From: Bilabrum cf. latius
Taxonomy: Eukaryota
Assembly (NCBI GenBank): GCA_965178125.1
Contig: OZ237743.1
Coordinates: forward strand, 744,001-808,000
DNA length: 64,000 nt
Direction: 5' to 3'
Under the pieces are notes generated by a model that made no database searches, was not told where the DNA came from, and worked only from the letters and a program-made list of their open reading frames with translations. The position numbers and the translations under genes were made by a program. This document shows, in pieces, positions 62,801 through 64,000 of the stretch (positions within the stretch are counted from its first letter, which is position 1; every line of letters begins with the position of its first letter).

Positions 62801-64000
62801 GACACTTTGCCGCCGGTTTATTGGAACTGCCCATTTAGGCTTGCTTTTTAGAAACGAATGCAAATACGGTCATGCAGACCGTTTTCATGTGGTTGATTGT
62901 CTACTATGTCCTCGTGCTGTGCTCTGCTTGGATGCACCCGATTAATCTCTCCCCCAAGAGAACAAGTAGGCCTCCAATAGGACTCATATCAGGTAGTTGG
63001 GCTCATCAAGAGGCGAGACAGATTGTGGACAAGGCTGCAGCAGGCTCTCACAGCATAAACGGAGTCCATTGCCAACGTAAAACACGGTTTACATGCCAGC
63101 GCCCCGACAACGACATATACCTTGTCTAGCAGGGTGTTGCTGCGTCTATCGGGCGCATGCAGTTGCTGCGAGCCACCCGGCTCTAGGCGATGGTGGCAAG
63201 TGCTGGCCGGGCTCTGGTGCAGGCCGCAAGCGCAGCGGCAGTGCCTCTTTCCGACATATCGAACGCTGCAAACTTGGCGTTCAATTCTGTTGGTGCGAGC
63301 CAATCGGACGTTTGCTCGTTGAGTCGGCAGTTTGAGCTGTCGTTGTTTTGGCAAGCAGAGCACCGGAGACTCTCCAGATAGGCCGCTAGTTCCGATCGAC
63401 CGCTGACAGCGGACGAGAGGGACATTTTGCGCACCTGCGACCGTCCAATGTCCGACAAACTCATTTCCTATAGAGCGATACAGACGCAGCGTGCAGTATA
63501 CTGGCTGTGGGACCATTGCAGGGGTCACGAATAGGCACCCTATCTTGGCAGTGCTGGAGAGGCGTCGAGCGAAGACATGGTCGACCGAGCTGCTGATCTC
63601 TTGCTCGGCATGGTGACTTTGCTTGATTGCGAAATCAGGCGGAGGGCACCCACACGCGTGTATGCAGGTGCTTTGACAAGCGAGGCATCAGCGCAGGCCC
63701 TGTCCAGTCCAAGCGGAGACAACAGTGTGACGCAGCGTGCCGCTCGGAAGCGCGCCGCGCTGGCCCACGCCTTGCGCTGCATCCCTCGATCGAAGCTCCT
63801 CCTGCTCGAGGCTGTGGACAACCAGGACAGCCTGAGCAGCATGCTGCAGCTGTGGACCCGGACTGTATCTGACAAGGAGATCGGGCCTCTCGGGCTACGA
63901 GACGTCGAGGTGGCGAGCCCGCAGGTGCATGTGCTCCGTAAGCTGTACAGCAGGGCAGTGAGCGCTGCTTGCTAGAGGATTACGCGCGAAGGTGATGAAA
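59881..64000 (+). CDS. Hypothetical multi-pass membrane protein with N-terminal F-box-like motif (partial; start unresolved, runs off the window)
   Basis: One frame is open from ~59881 to the window end except for many TAGs (e.g. 60532, 60943, 61387, 61834, 62584, 63127, 63379, 63973). SFHDLHHAGIIHSLAAFLELDSWNDLRMTCKDL is F-box-like; several hydrophobic helices. Confidence 0.6.

Noticed and set aside
1-64000. Region of mass pseudogenisation or sequencing error
   Set aside because: Interruptions are only TAG, with no frameshifts or internal TAA/TGA seen. They affect essential genes and fall at Gln positions.
1-64000. Ciliate-type code (TAA and TAG both Gln), pyrrolysine, or phage-style amber recoding
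   Set aside because: No in-frame TAA seen and one gene ends in TAA. There are no pyl or phage genes, and spliceosomal introns with eukaryotic housekeeping genes indicate nuclear DNA.

Overview
GC-rich, gene-dense, intron-poor eukaryotic (protist) nuclear DNA. The protein style and the GBF1 N-terminus suggest a heterotrophic stramenopile, possibly bicosoecid-like (inference). The main discovery is a non-standard nuclear genetic code. The ORF track is fragmented because almost every gene is interrupted in frame by TAG, never by TAA/TGA in the frames I read. Reading TAG as Gln joins the fragments into about 16 full-length genes ending in TGA (one in TAA): TTI1, a coiled-coil protein, fRMsr-type GAF protein, LAS1, GBF1/GNOM-type Sec7 ARF-GEF, a membrane protein, a ~4,100-aa cadherin/IPT/Sushi/lectin multi-pass surface protein, GH78 alpha-L-rhamnosidase, non-specific phospholipase C, S28 serine peptidase, PX-domain protein, CRAL-TRIO protein, hotdog thioesterase, a possible hamartin/TSC1, a possible PHTF/7TMIC-like protein and a partial F-box-like membrane protein. 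TAG falls on Gln positions, including in the protein's own internal repeats, so the code is UAG=Gln with UAA/UGA as stops (UAG and UAA decoupled). Also present: seven inferred GT-AG introns, a 37-bp tandem repeat duplicating a gene's stop codon, and a possible retroelement remnant. I recognised no tRNA, rRNA or CRISPR array. All family calls come from motif recognition by eye; no database searches were run.
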